From contig CM075988.1 in assembly GCA_038087875.1 (NCBI GenBank), forward strand, positions 9,364,001-9,428,000: 64,000 nt of DNA, given 5' to 3'. Origin of the DNA: Malacoraja senta. Its lineage: Eukaryota. Every line of letters starts with the position of its first letter. Position 1 is the first letter of the stretch. The notes under the pieces are model-generated. The model did no database searches, was not told where the DNA came from, and was given only the letters and a program-made list of their open reading frames with translations. The translations under genes and the position numbers were made by a program. Below are positions 13,556 to 25,800 of this stretch, in pieces.

Positions 13556-14478
13556 TTCATTATCGAAGTTGAGATTAGTTCAGACAAAAACAATGGGCCC
13601 ACCTGGGTAGTGCTGTGTGTGCATCTTCAGGAGGAGATAGAAGCAAGGTGTGTGTGGTCGTGGCAGTATCAGGATGTAGGCTGAGGAAGGGAGACCTGAT
13701 ACAATGAGATCTGTGATAGTATGGGAGTCAGATACTGACTCTGGTGATTCTTTGTGGGATCATGGTGTGAGGTTATCATGGGGTGGTGTCCATGAGCTGC
13801 CATCTCACATCAGCAAGGCAGAAGTCAGTCCACCAGACTACAGGTATTTAAATGATACACATTTGTGGACCCTCAAGACACTTTGTACTGCTAGTGTATC
13901 TATCATTTCCACATTTGGGAAGTACTGTTATCTTCTTATCAAAATATTCTTATGGATTATTTTGTAGTTTGCACCAGGGGACAAATGACTGAAATGAGTT
14001 TGCAGAACATGTGGCAACACAGTACAATTTACCCAGTCAAAATAACACACACACTCAAAAAAGCAACACAAAGTGTTGGAGTTACTCAGTGGGTCAGGCA
14101 GCAACTCTGGAGACATGGGTAGGTGATGTTTCGGGTCGAGACCCTTCTTCAAGTATTGATTAACCTTGTGATATTACCCTCAGTAAAATTTTGAGGTTAA
14201 AATGAAAGAATTTAACACTTGAACTTCTGAATTTTATTCCCTACAGTTTCTCCCCTTTGTTTAATCTATTGTCTTCCATCAAGTTTGCTCTCACCTTTCA
14301 CTAATCTTAAAATGTAATAATGTGGGAAGCTAGAGTCATTATTTCTGACACACTGTCCTGTTGGATGAATGTTTAATTAGCTGTGTAACCTGGTCTCCAG
14401 GCAGTTCACCGTTAGTCTGAGATTAACAACCGCAGTGCAACCTTAGAAATAGCTTAGCTTGAACCAGCAGTCGTATGT

Positions 14479-17211
14479 TATTTTACTTCGGAGTCACGTG
14501 AGTGACTACGTGAAGAACCCCGCCAGTGCCCCTGCGCGTCATTACGTCAGACGCCTTGACGCAAACGGACGTGAGGAGCAGAGCTCCTCCGGTGGTTTGT
14601 AGTTTTTACAACTACAAGGTAAGTAGAAACTTTTAAAAGTATTTCCAGGTCCGTTTTCTGTGGGTCTATGGGATTTTTTCACAGACGCCATGGAAAAAAC
14701 GGGCAGGGGGAAGAGGCGTGCGATTCAGCCGGCAGAAAGTCGGGAATCTCCGGGTACAAGCCAGCCACCTCTAACCCCAGTACAGTCACCAGCGGTGAGC
14801 ATAGCGACTGTGGACCTGGGACTGATGAAAACTCAGTCAGCGCCTGTCGAGCGAAATGCCAAGTTTAAATCCAGATGGCCCACGGAGGAGGAGTGCCAGG
14901 CAATGGAAGCTCCAGGGCTAGATACTGCCTTTGTGCGTATTAGCCAGATGGAAAGCCTTCTGCATAGGCTATTGGAGCAAAGTACACTCAGGGAGTGTAC
15001 TGAAATACAAGCTGCTGGAAGCAGCCTAACAGCACCTGGCACAGGGCTGATGGAATGCACCCTCCGAGATGAGGAGAGTGCTATGGGTCATGAGAGTTCA
15101 GACCCCGACTCTGACGGCGAGGCTATACAAGGTGAAGAACTGCAGATACCAGATATTCCACCACTGGCAGTATGCTTCGCTGCCCTGTCAGGGTCAGGAG
15201 AGCCACTAGGAGATGAGCTGGCCTCCTTAATAAATTACTTGGTTTCCCATCAGCTGGAACAGCAGGAGATGGATGATACTGCAAGAAAGCATGAGATCCC
15301 AAGCAACTGTGTGTTGCTGAAAGCACCAGCAGTGAATCAAATCATCTGGAATCAATTGAGTATGACTATGAGAACTCAAGAATTAAAATTGCAGAGAATA
15401 TTAAAGCTGCTGGGTTCTGGAATAACTGCTTTTGCCAGAATAGCAGATAAAAGCCAAGAGATGACGGAGTTGCATCAGAAAGCACTGGGGTTGCTATGCA
15501 GCACCCACTTCGAGATCAATTGTCCGAGAAAAGGTGCTATACGGCCTATTATGAATCCGAAATTCACAGCACTCTGCAAACCAAGTAATGTACAATTACC
15601 CAACTTACTCTTTGGAGAGGATCTCGAGAGATGTGTTAAAGAGTTGGAAGATGAAGCGAAAACAGGATTGATGAAAACATCAATGGTTGTAAAGTCTGTA
15701 AAGAGGAATATCCTTTCAGACGTCATATGGATCCTGGACAGGACCAAGTCGCTCATTAACGCAGGGACGTAGCTGGCGGCCTGCAGCGGGAGCAAGAACC
15801 AGTGAGGGTGCTTCTGGGAGAATCCAGGAATCTCAGAATACTCAAATGACTCAAGAGGTAGGTGGACCTGGTTCTCATGGGAACATACTAACTGGATTAA
15901 GTCCAAAAGTTGAAGGCAGATTATGTCTCTTCTATAAACAATTGGAAGATTACTTCAGATGTGGTAATTCTGAATAGTATACAAGGATTTCGAATTGAAT
16001 TCAATCCAAATTATGATTTGCCTGTCCAGCATGTTCCTAGCAGAATTCTCCGCTTCTTCGGCATGGACTTGAAAGGCCGAGATGGCCTGTTTTCCTGCTG
16101 TAATTGTCATATGATTTGCACAAAAAGAAGTGATGGAGGTTCAAGCTGCGTTTCAAACCCTATATATAAAAGATGTTATTGAAAATTCAGTCTACCAAAT
16201 TCACCAATTTGTGTTAAATATATTCCCTCGATCAAAAAAAGAACGTCCACTCCCAGAATATTCACAAAATTATTAAAACCAATTCTGGGGTTGCTAAGAA
16301 GCCAGGGGCATGTACTAATGGCATATTTTGGATGATGTCCTGATTAAAGGAAGGACAAAACTGTCAACAGAAGCATCTGTGGCAGTTGTGAAATCAACTT
16401 TTGAAAGTTTGGGGTTTCTAATTCATCCAAAGGAATCAAGGTTAACACCATGTACCTCGATTGATTATTTGGGGTTCACAATTGATTCAGTCCAAATGAA
16501 AATTACTTTGCCCAGTGAAAAAAGGGTGGAGTTGACTAAAGATTGCAGTAATCTGGTAAACGAGCAAAAACCCTCAATCAGACAGGTGGCTCGAGTACTG
16601 GGAAAATTAGTAGCAGCATTCCCAGCAGTCCAATTCGGACAATTACATTATCATCAGCTGAAGAGAGTTAAAGAACGGGCACTGAGAATGCATGTTGGTC
16701 ATTTTGATAGGACCATGCAACTGCCAACAAATGCTGTTTCTGATCTGCAGTGGTGGATTCTACATGTCTCAAGCAGTTCCAGCAGAGTGCTGATTGAACA
16801 AACCTTCCATAATATTACAAACAGATGCCAGTGCACTAGGATGGGGTGAAACTGACTTAGCATCTAGCTGCGGAGACAGATGGAATCAGGAAGAGTCATT
16901 GTTACTGCAGACATGGGCAGTTAACTATTTGGAGTTTTAGGATGTTTCTATGGACTCCAAGGTTATTGTTCTAACACAACTAAAAGGCATGTTCAAGTTC
17001 AGATTGATAAACACAACAGCAATTGCCTATATTAATGATATGGATGAAATCAAGTCAGGGTCATGTGACAAAATGGCTAATCAACTTTGGACTGGGTGTA
17101 TTGAAAAGAATATTTGGATTTCAGCTATATCTACCAGGTAGAATGAACACGATAGCAGACACCAGGTCACGAAAGTTCCATGATAATAAGAATGGATGTT
17201 GAATAGAGAGG
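14479..17211 (+). mobile_element. DIRS1-like copy 2 (5' half, interrupted by copy 3)
   Basis: Left terminus tattttacttcggagtcacgtgagtgactacgtgaag; long ORF1; RT/RNase H remnants (ORF 16328-16849). Confidence 0.95.
14690..15772 (+). pseudogene. DIRS ORF1 (gag-like), largely open; C-terminus frameshifted
   Basis: MEKTGRGKRR... open for ~360 aa; homologous to broken ORF1s in the other three copies; copy 3 continues KRKYPFRRH where this copy shifts frame. Confidence 0.8.
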
Positions 17212-18749
17212 TATTTTACTTCGGAGTCACGTGAGTGACTACATGAAGAACCCCGCCAGTGCGCCTGCGCGTCATTACGTCAGACGCCTTGACGCAAACG
17301 GACGTGAGGAGCAGAGCTCCTCCAGTGGATTTGTAGTTTTTCAACTACAAGGTAAGTAGAAACTTTTTTCATGTTTTCCAGGTACGTCTACTGTGGGTCT
17401 ATGGGGATTTTTTCCACAGACGCCATGGAAAAAACGGGCAGGGGGAAGAGGTGAGCGACACAGCCGACAGAAGTCGGGAAAGTCGGGAGTCTGCGGTTAG
17501 AGACCAACCGCCTCTAAACCCCGGTACAGTCACCAGCGGTGAGCATAGCGACTGTGGACCTGGGGCTGGTGAAAACACAGTCAGCGCCTGTCGGGCAAAA
17601 GACAAAGTTTAATTCCCAATGGCCCACGGAGGGAGTCCCAGGCAATGGAAGTAGCTCCAGGGCTAGATACTGCTTTCGAGCGTATTGCCCAAATAGAAAG
17701 CCTTTTACATAGGCTGTTCGAGCAAAGTTCACTCAGGGAGGAGTGTACTGAAAGCCAAGCTGCTGGAAGCAACTCAAACAGCTCCTGGTACAGGGCTAGA
17801 TACTGCTTTTGAGTGTATTGCCCAAATAGAAAGCCTTTTCCATAGGCTGTTGGAGCAAAGTTCACTCAGGAAGGAGTGTACTGTAATCCAAGCTGCAGGA
17901 AGCAGCTTAACAGCACCTGGCTCAGGGCTGATGGAATGCACCCTCAGGGATGAGGAGCGTGCTACGGGTCATGAGATTTCAGACCCCGACTCTGACGGTG
18001 AGGCTGTACAAGGCGATGAACGGCAGCTGCCAGATGTTCCACCCCTGGCAGTAGGATTCGCTGCCCCGTCGGGGTCAGGAGAGCCATTAGGAGAAGAGCT
18101 GGCCTCCTTAATAAATTACTTGGTTTACCATCAGCTGGAACAGCAGGAGATGGATGAGACTGCAAGAAAGCAGGAGACCCCAAGTAACTGTGGGTTGCTG
18201 AAAGCAGCAGCAGTGAACCAAATTATCTGGAATCAGTTGCAGAGAATATTAAAGCTGCTGGGTTCTGGAATAACTGCTTTTACCAGAATAGCAGGTAACA
18301 GCCAAGAGATGACGAAGTTGCATCAGGAAGCAATGGGGTTGCTATGCAGCACCCACTTCGAGATCAATTATCTGAGGAAAGTGCTATACGGCCTACTATG
18401 AATCCGAAATTCGCAGCACTCTGCAAACCAAGTAATATACAATTACCCAACTTACTCTTTGGAGAGGATCTCGGGAGACGTATTAAAGAGTTGGAAGATG
18501 AAGCGAAAACAGGATTGATAAAAACATCAATGGTTGCAAAGTCTGTAAAGAGGAAGTATCCTTTCAGACGTCATACGGATCCTAGACCAGGACCAAGTCG
18601 CTCATCAACGCAGGGACGTAGCTGGCGGCCTGCAGCGGGAGTAAGGACCAGTGGTGGTGCTTCCGGGAGAATCCAGGGATCTCAGAATACTCAAATGACT
18701 CAAGAGGTAGGTGGACCTGGTTCTCAGGGGAACATACTAACTGGATTAA

Positions 18750-20510
18750 GTCCAAAAGTTGGATGCAGATTACGTCTCTTCTATAAACATTGGAAGAAGA
18801 TTACTTCAGATGTGGTAATTCTGAATAATGTACAAGGATTTCGAATTGAATTCAATCCAAATTATGATTTGCCTGTCCAGCATGTTCCTAGCAGAACTCT
18901 CCACTTTGCGAAGTAATGGAGGTTCAAGTTGCGCTTCAAAACCCTATATATAAAAGGTGTTATTGAAGAATCAGTCTACCAAATTCACCAATTTGGGTCA
19001 AATATATTCCCTTGATCAAAAAAGGATGGAGGATGTAGGATTATTATAGACTTGACAAGTCTGAATCCTTTTGTTCAGTGTCTGTTCACTTGCAAGATAT
19101 GAAGTATCTTAAATTTACATGGATGAACCAATTAGGGCAGTTCAAAGCTCTGCCTAATGGGTTAACGTTCCCTCCCAGAATATTCATAAAATTGTTAAAA
19201 TCAATTCTGGGGTAGCTGAGAGCCAGGGGCATGTACTAATGACATACCTGGATGATGTCCTGATTATAGGAAGGACAAAACAGTCAACAGAAGCATCGGT
19301 TGCAGTTATAAAATCAAACTTTTGAAATTTTGGGTGTTTCTAAATTCATCCAAAGAAATCAAGGTTAAAAACATGTACCTCGATTGATTATTTGGGGTTC
19401 ACAATTGATTTAGCCCAAATGCAAATTACTTTGCCCAGTGAAAAAAGGGTGGAGTTGATTAAAGATTGCAGTAATCTGTTAAACGAGCAAAAACCTCTAA
19501 TCAGACAGGTGGCTCGAGTACTGGGAAAATTAGTAGATTCCCAGCAGTCCAGTAGGACCATTACATTATCAACAGCTGCAGAGAATCAAAGAACAGGCAC
19601 TGAGAGTAAATGCTGGTCATTTTGATAGAACCATGCAAGTAACAACAAATGCTGTTTCTAATCTGCAGTGGTGGATTCTACATGTCTCAAGCAGTTCAGG
19701 CAAAGTGCTGATTGAACAACCTTCCATGATATTTCAAACTGATGCCAGTGCACTAGGATGGGGTGCAACTGACTTAACATCGAGCTGCGGAGGCAGATGG
19801 AATCAGGAAAAGTTAGTGTTACTGCAGACATGGGGAATTACCTATTTGGAACTTTTAGGAGGTTTCTATGGACTCCAAGCTTATGGTTCTAACACAACTA
19901 AAAGGAAGGTTCAAGTTCAAATTAATAAACACAACAGTAGTTGCCTATATTAATGATATGGGTGGAATTAAGTCGGTGTCATGTGACAAAATGGTTAAAT
20001 CAACTTTGGTCTTGGTGTATTGAAAAGAACATTTGGATTTCAGCTATCTATCTACCAGGTAGAATGCACACGATAGCAGACACCAGGTCACGAAAGTTCC
20101 ATGATAATAAAGAATGGATGTTGAATCAAGAGGTATTCAATGATATAGTAATCAGATTTGGAATGACCGACATCGATTTGAATCATCAGCTATCGAGATA
20201 TGTCTCATGGAAACCAGATCCAGGAGCAGTGGCGGTTGATGCTTTCTCGCTACATTGGGGTGGTATGTTTTCATATATATTTCCACCTTTCTGCCTCATA
20301 AGCCAATGTTTGCTTAAAATCAGGCAAGATGCTGCTTCAAGGGTATTGGTAGTACCAGATTGGCCTACACAGCCATGGTATCCGTTGATATTAGAATTAA
20401 GAACACAAATGTTGATGAAAGTCCCAAAAAAGAGTAACTTATTGCTGCACCCTGTACAGGGGAACAACATCCATTATATGATCGTTTGGATTTGTTGATT
20501 TGCAGGTTTT
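18750..20510 (+). pseudogene. DIRS pol: RT, RNase H and adenine-methyltransferase-like domain (frameshifted)
   Basis: YLDDVL; FQTDASALGWGA; AIYLPGRMHTIADTRSR; DAFSLHW...YIFPPF...VLVVPDWPTQPWYP. Confidence 0.9.
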
Positions 20511-21479
20511 AAGAATGCCTTTTCTGGGACAAGGACTGTCTGAGCATACTGTGGACATGCTTACGGCAGCCTGGAGGAAGAGCACTCAAAAACAGTACCT
20601 TTCTTATATTAAGAAATGGGAAGAGTTCTGTGTAGAAAAGAATGAGCAATAAAGTACTGCAGATATTTCAAATGTTTAGAATTTCTGTCAAAACTTTATT
20701 ATGATGAAGGTCTGAGTTGTAGTGCAATTAATTCAGCCAGAAGTGCATTGTCCTCATATTTGGTTCTGGGTTCAGAAAGAAACCCAATTGGGTCACACCC
20801 AATTGTTTCCAGACTAATGAAAGGAATCTTTAATTCCAAACCACCGAAACCTAGGTACGTGACAATCTGGGATGTAAGTGTGGTACTGAAACTACTTCGT
20901 GAATTGGTCATCAAGTGTGTCTTTACCTTTGGTCAAGCTCAGTATGAAAGTATTCATGCTTATGGCATGAGTGACAGCACAACGAGTGCAAACACTTGGA
21001 AAATTACAAATAGACAGTATGGAAGTAACTGAAGACAAGGTTACATTCTATATCTATGACCTACTAAAGTAAATTAGCCCAGGTGTGACAGGATTTAAAA
21101 TTATGCTAGCAGCATATCCAAATGATCCATGTCTCTGTATTAAGACATATTTATTACAATACATTGAGGTCACAAAGAATTTGAGAATACGGAAACTGGG
21201 TTGTTGATCACACACAAGAAACCACACAAGAGAGTTTCAATACAGACTATTTCCAGATGGATAAAAGAAGTCTTAACAGGTGCTGGTATTAACACTTATG
21301 TTTTTACGTCTCACTCGCCTAGGGCAGCAGAAACGTCGGCGGCCAGGGCAAAAGACGTCACCGTCGACCATATCCTCGCAGCCGCCGGGTGGTCCAATGA
21401 GTTGATGTTTCAACATTTTTACCATCGGCCTATTGTTAATGCGGGGTTGTTTGCAGACACTATTTTAAGTTCTGTGTAA
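20510..21479 (+). pseudogene. DIRS tyrosine recombinase (frameshifted)
   Basis: TISRWIKEVL..AGI...HSPR...ILAAAGWS...FQHFY: HxxR, W and catalytic Y pattern. Confidence 0.9.
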
Positions 21480-23029
21480 ATTCCTCTGGTTTAAAGGGGA
21501 TCTGATTAATTTCATTATTGAAATGAATTACTGCATTTGTGGTACAAATGTTATTATGAATGCATGATTGATTATTCTCGTTCCGAGTCAATCTATGCAG
21601 TGAGAAGCCGGGATTGATCCACGGCATGAAATCACAAAGCTTTAAAATCTTCACGTAGTCACTCACGTGACTCCGAAGTAAAATAGTAAGATTAAACGAG
21701 AACTTATATAAGTTTGAAGTTTGATCTTTATTTTATGAGGAGTTACGTAGGTGATTACGTGCCCACCACGACCCTACCCTCTATCATAAAGGTCAGATGG
21801 AAGTTCTTGTATTACTCGTTTTATTATGAGACTATATTACTTCGGTTGTTGTTTTTTGTGATTTCACACCGCTGCTTTGAAGATTAGCGCATTGGCGGGG
21901 TTCTTCACGTAATCACCTACGTAACTCCTCATAAAATAAAGATCAAACTTCAAACTTAGGTAAGTTCTCGTTTAATCTTACTATTCACAGCTGGTGACCA
22001 CAAAGCTCGTCGAAGCATGGCTTCAGCCGTTATCATAGCACAGCAAACAAAATTCGTTCTCAACCATGTCTCCACAACTCGGAAGCATAGAATAGTTTAT
22101 CACCGAAAGCCAGCAATTATTCAGCCCCAGTGTAGTTTGAATTAGAGTCAACAAAATAATTTATTGTGCAGCATAAACCTTTTTTTTACAAACATATCAG
22201 ATAAAATAAACCCCATAATACATTGTCTATATTGTCATTACACCACAGTAGTCTGTCACTTTACATTATCAAATTAGCACATTGAGAAGAGGAAACAGCC
22301 CATTATTGTGCGAGTTATTTCTTTAATGAATGCATTCTTTGTAGATTAAATAAATCACATTTGGTACAGCTAGATCTGGAACTTGCTCACTGTCTCATCA
22401 ATTCAAATATCAAGACTAGACAAAACTATTTTGTCGTTTGCCCCAGGGGAACAATGACTGTAATGAGTTTGAGGAACATGTGGCAAGGGTACAAATTATC
22501 CAGTCAAAATAACTCACACACGCTCAACATTGATTAACCCTCTGAAGAGCTCGGTAATATTGCACTGCGTGTTAAAGAAAGACCTATTGCAGTGTACAGT
22601 CCAAACACTTTAATATAAAATGGCTATCTAACATTACCATGAAGATGTAAAAACTGAGCCTTGCATATCAAAGGCTCAATGTGTCCAGAGAGTGGATTAA
22701 CAAGGATTAATCGGGGCGCTTCACTGATCCAGGTCACCCTCCATTAACTCCTTAATGCTTCTTCTCAGCCGCATGCTTCCAATAATATAACAATTAACCA
22801 GTTGTTGCTGAGTCTCACACTTCATAATGTAGATTGTTGGAAAGTGTATTTGGGGAAAACACTTGTGTGATCCATCTCAGGAAGAAAGAAATAAAGCTTA
22901 AAAATTGCTCTTTGCTGCAAAGATGTGGGACATTCACAACGTGGGCATGTGGGGGGGGGGTCCAATTAATGTTCTACTTGTCTTGCTCGTACCCACCCCA
23001 AAGGCATCATGTGCTGTAGAACTTTAAAC

Positions 23030-23288
23030 TAGAGTTTAGAGATACAGTGTGGAAACAGGCCCTTTGGCCCATCGAGTCCACGCCGACCAGCAATCAACCT
23101 GTACACAAGCACTATCCAACACACTAGGGACAATTTACACTTTACAGAAGCCAATTAACCTACAAACCTGTAAGTCTTTGGAATGATGGAGAAAGTGAGA
23201 AGATACAAACTCCGTACAGACAGCACCCGTAGTCAGGATTGAACCCGCATCTCTGGCATTGTAAGGCAGCAACTCTACCGCTGCGCCG
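23030..23288 (-). mobile_element. V-SINE (internally deleted)
   Basis: Head and tail match the family; part of V-domain missing. Confidence 0.8.
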
Positions 23289-23646
23289 ACCCGATATATA
23301 ACGTATACATATTCTCCAGGGATGTTGCCTGACCCTTTAAGTTACTCCAGCACTTGGAATCATTATTTGTTACTATTTAATGCTGAATTGAATTCCATTG
23401 TATGAAATTTAATATTGATTCTTAAAATTAGTTCATGTGACAATGCCAGAGATATATAACTTGTATTGAAAGTCTGCATTAATAACACCAACTAATTTTC
23501 ATCTTCGCAGCTCGACTGGGAAAAAGATCTGCTGCAGGATTCACTGGAATTACAATCCATTGCTTTGACAATGATGCATGATCCACTCTGCCCGATGACT
23601 GTCCAGTCAATGAAGAGGGGAGTTTATTCTTCTCTACCTCTATGGG

Positions 23647-25000
23647 ATGGCACAGTGGAGCAGCTGTAAAATGTATGCCTCACAGTGCCAGAGACCCTGG
23701 TTTAATCCTGACCATGGGTGCAGTCTGCACGGAGTTTGTACATTCTCCCTGTGACTGTGTGGGTTTTCTCCAGGTGCTCCAGCTTCCTCCCACATTCCAA
23801 AGACGTGCAGGTTTAGAAGTTTATTGGCTTCCATAAATTATCCCTTGTGTGTAGGATAGAACTAGTGTTAGGTATGTTACAATACTTACCTTAAGCGGCG
23901 CTGCAATTCCGTCACTGCCCGTGTGCGCGACTTTGGCGCCGTTGAGAGGGGGGCGGGTTTAAAATGCGGTATTTCGGAAGCCTATTCAAATCGATCTTGA
24001 ACAGGCTAAATAGTTGATGAAGAAAAATCGCTTTGACTGCCATTCTCGGGAATTATTTTTAAACTGCGCTTACTAATATAATTACTGTAGTAAATTAAAA
24101 ATCATCTTCTAAAGCCGTGAACGCCGACAACGAGACGGACCTCACGTAGGGGACAAGGCAAGGTACAGTTTATTTTTTCATTAAAAAGTGCTTCTTAGGA
24201 TACCTTTAATCAAAATTTCACGTTGCGAGAAGGTGACTTATTCCCCATACGAACCGGCAGTATTTTTCCTGCCGACATGGGGTTTAAATTCACCGCATAC
24301 CGCAACGTTCCAATTGATCAAGTTCCAGAAAATTTCACTCGCAAGATGATTTAAATGGCCATTAATTTACGGGAATTAAACATTAAATTCCTTCCATTTG
24401 GCCTATAAAATTCATGACAATGAGATTTAAAAATCATGTTATATTGTGAATTCTTGTGTGAATGTTATTTGGACACTTAGGCTATTTAAAAAAGTAAGTT
24501 CATCTTTTCTTAAGAAATTGATAGATGTTTAGATCTAGTAATTGAATTTTGTAATTAGCTACAATTGGGTAACTAACTAATTATATGCTTTAATTTCAGG
24601 TCATCCAAGTAAGATTGTTTCATATTTGTTTCAGAATACTTCAATCTATAATAGCTGAACATTTCTTTCAGTTCTCTTAATTTTTAAGAAAGTTATGGGC
24701 TTTTGACTGTCCTTGATCACAGCTTTTGAGTTAAGGCAATGGAAAAGCAATAGGGAATAAGATGCTAATTTCCGAGTATGAAAATGGCCATAACTTTTTT
24801 AATACTGAAGATATGAAAGTGAATTAGGTGTCAAATTAAACTTATTTTTATGCTTTATCTGATGGGATAAATTGCAGACTTGATTTTTAAAATCTCAAAA
24901 GTTTGTAACATTGCTACTAGTGTACATGGTCTGGTCTGCATGGACTTGATGGGCTGCAGGGCCTGTTTCCACCCTGCATCTCGAAATTAAACTAAACTAA
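23647..25000 (+). mobile_element. V-SINE split by a DNA transposon
   Basis: Head and V-domain 23647-23868, tail 24917-25000. Confidence 0.85.
23869..24916. mobile_element. Non-autonomous hAT-like TIR transposon, 1048 bp
   Basis: Imperfect TIRs TAGGTATGTTACAA / TTGTAACATTGCTA; TSD CTAGTGT at 23862-23868 and 24917-24923; no ORF. Confidence 0.85.
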
Positions 25001-25534
25001 CCAGTACATTCAGATTGTCCTAACCAATCAAACAGCCACTCAAAGTCATATAAACAAATCATCAATTAAGGTTGAAAATTGAATTTTAGCTTCTACATTT
25101 GCACCAAATTGAATATTATCCTGATATATTATTATAAAAACCCGTGCCTTAGGGATAAAATTAGGAATTTCTCTCCCATTTAGTTTTTTTTTTGTTCTAT
25201 GACAGAAATAGTTTCAATAAACTGAAAGGCATTTACAAAAAAAGATTATAATTAAATCCTTGGTTACAAGCTGAGTGTGTAATTAAATGTAAACAATGAA
25301 ATGTGATTGAGTTGGGTTATACATTACTGACAGTTACATATTCAATTTGATTATTCTGATACTGAATACCAGGCAGTCTTAGAAAATCTCCTGCTATCAA
25401 AACACCATTTCTATTGGAACTAAGTATTCATCGTAACAACTGGTTAGAATAACCAGCCAGTTTAATGCTGAGAGAGAAAGAGAAGTTATGTAAACATTCA
25501 AGAAACAATTTAAATAAATTAACCTCAGTTAGTC

Positions 25535-25800
25535 TGCTTAGTTTATTGTCATGTGTACCGAGATACAGTGAAAAGCTTGTGTTGCATGCTATTCAGTCAG
25601 CACAAAGTTAATACATGATAATAATCGAGCCGTTTACAGTGTATAGATACATGATAAGGGAATAACGTGTAGTGCAAGGTAAAGCCAGCAAAGTCCGATC
25701 AAGGATAATCCAAGGGTTACCAAAGAGGTGGATAGCAGTTCAGCACTGCTCTCTGGTTGTGGTAGGATGATTCGGTAGCCTGATAACAGCTGGGAAGCAA
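25535..25800 (-). mobile_element. Rex1/Babar-like LINE 3' UTR
   Basis: Reverse complement of the 3' part of 26640-27225; further copies at ~39850, ~45330 and ~47490. Confidence 0.75.

Larger units (their letters stand above)
17212..21985 (+). mobile_element. DIRS1-like copy 3, both termini present, ORFs disrupted
   Basis: Left ITR at 17212, ICR 21648-21761, right ITR plus extension ~21887-21985; YLDD at 19245-19256; RNase H TDASALGWGA...YLEL. Confidence 0.97.

Noticed and set aside
21201..21479. Phage integrase or bacterial contamination
   Set aside because: Recombinase and MT-like domains lie inside DIRS ITR/ICR structures flanked by vertebrate SINEs.
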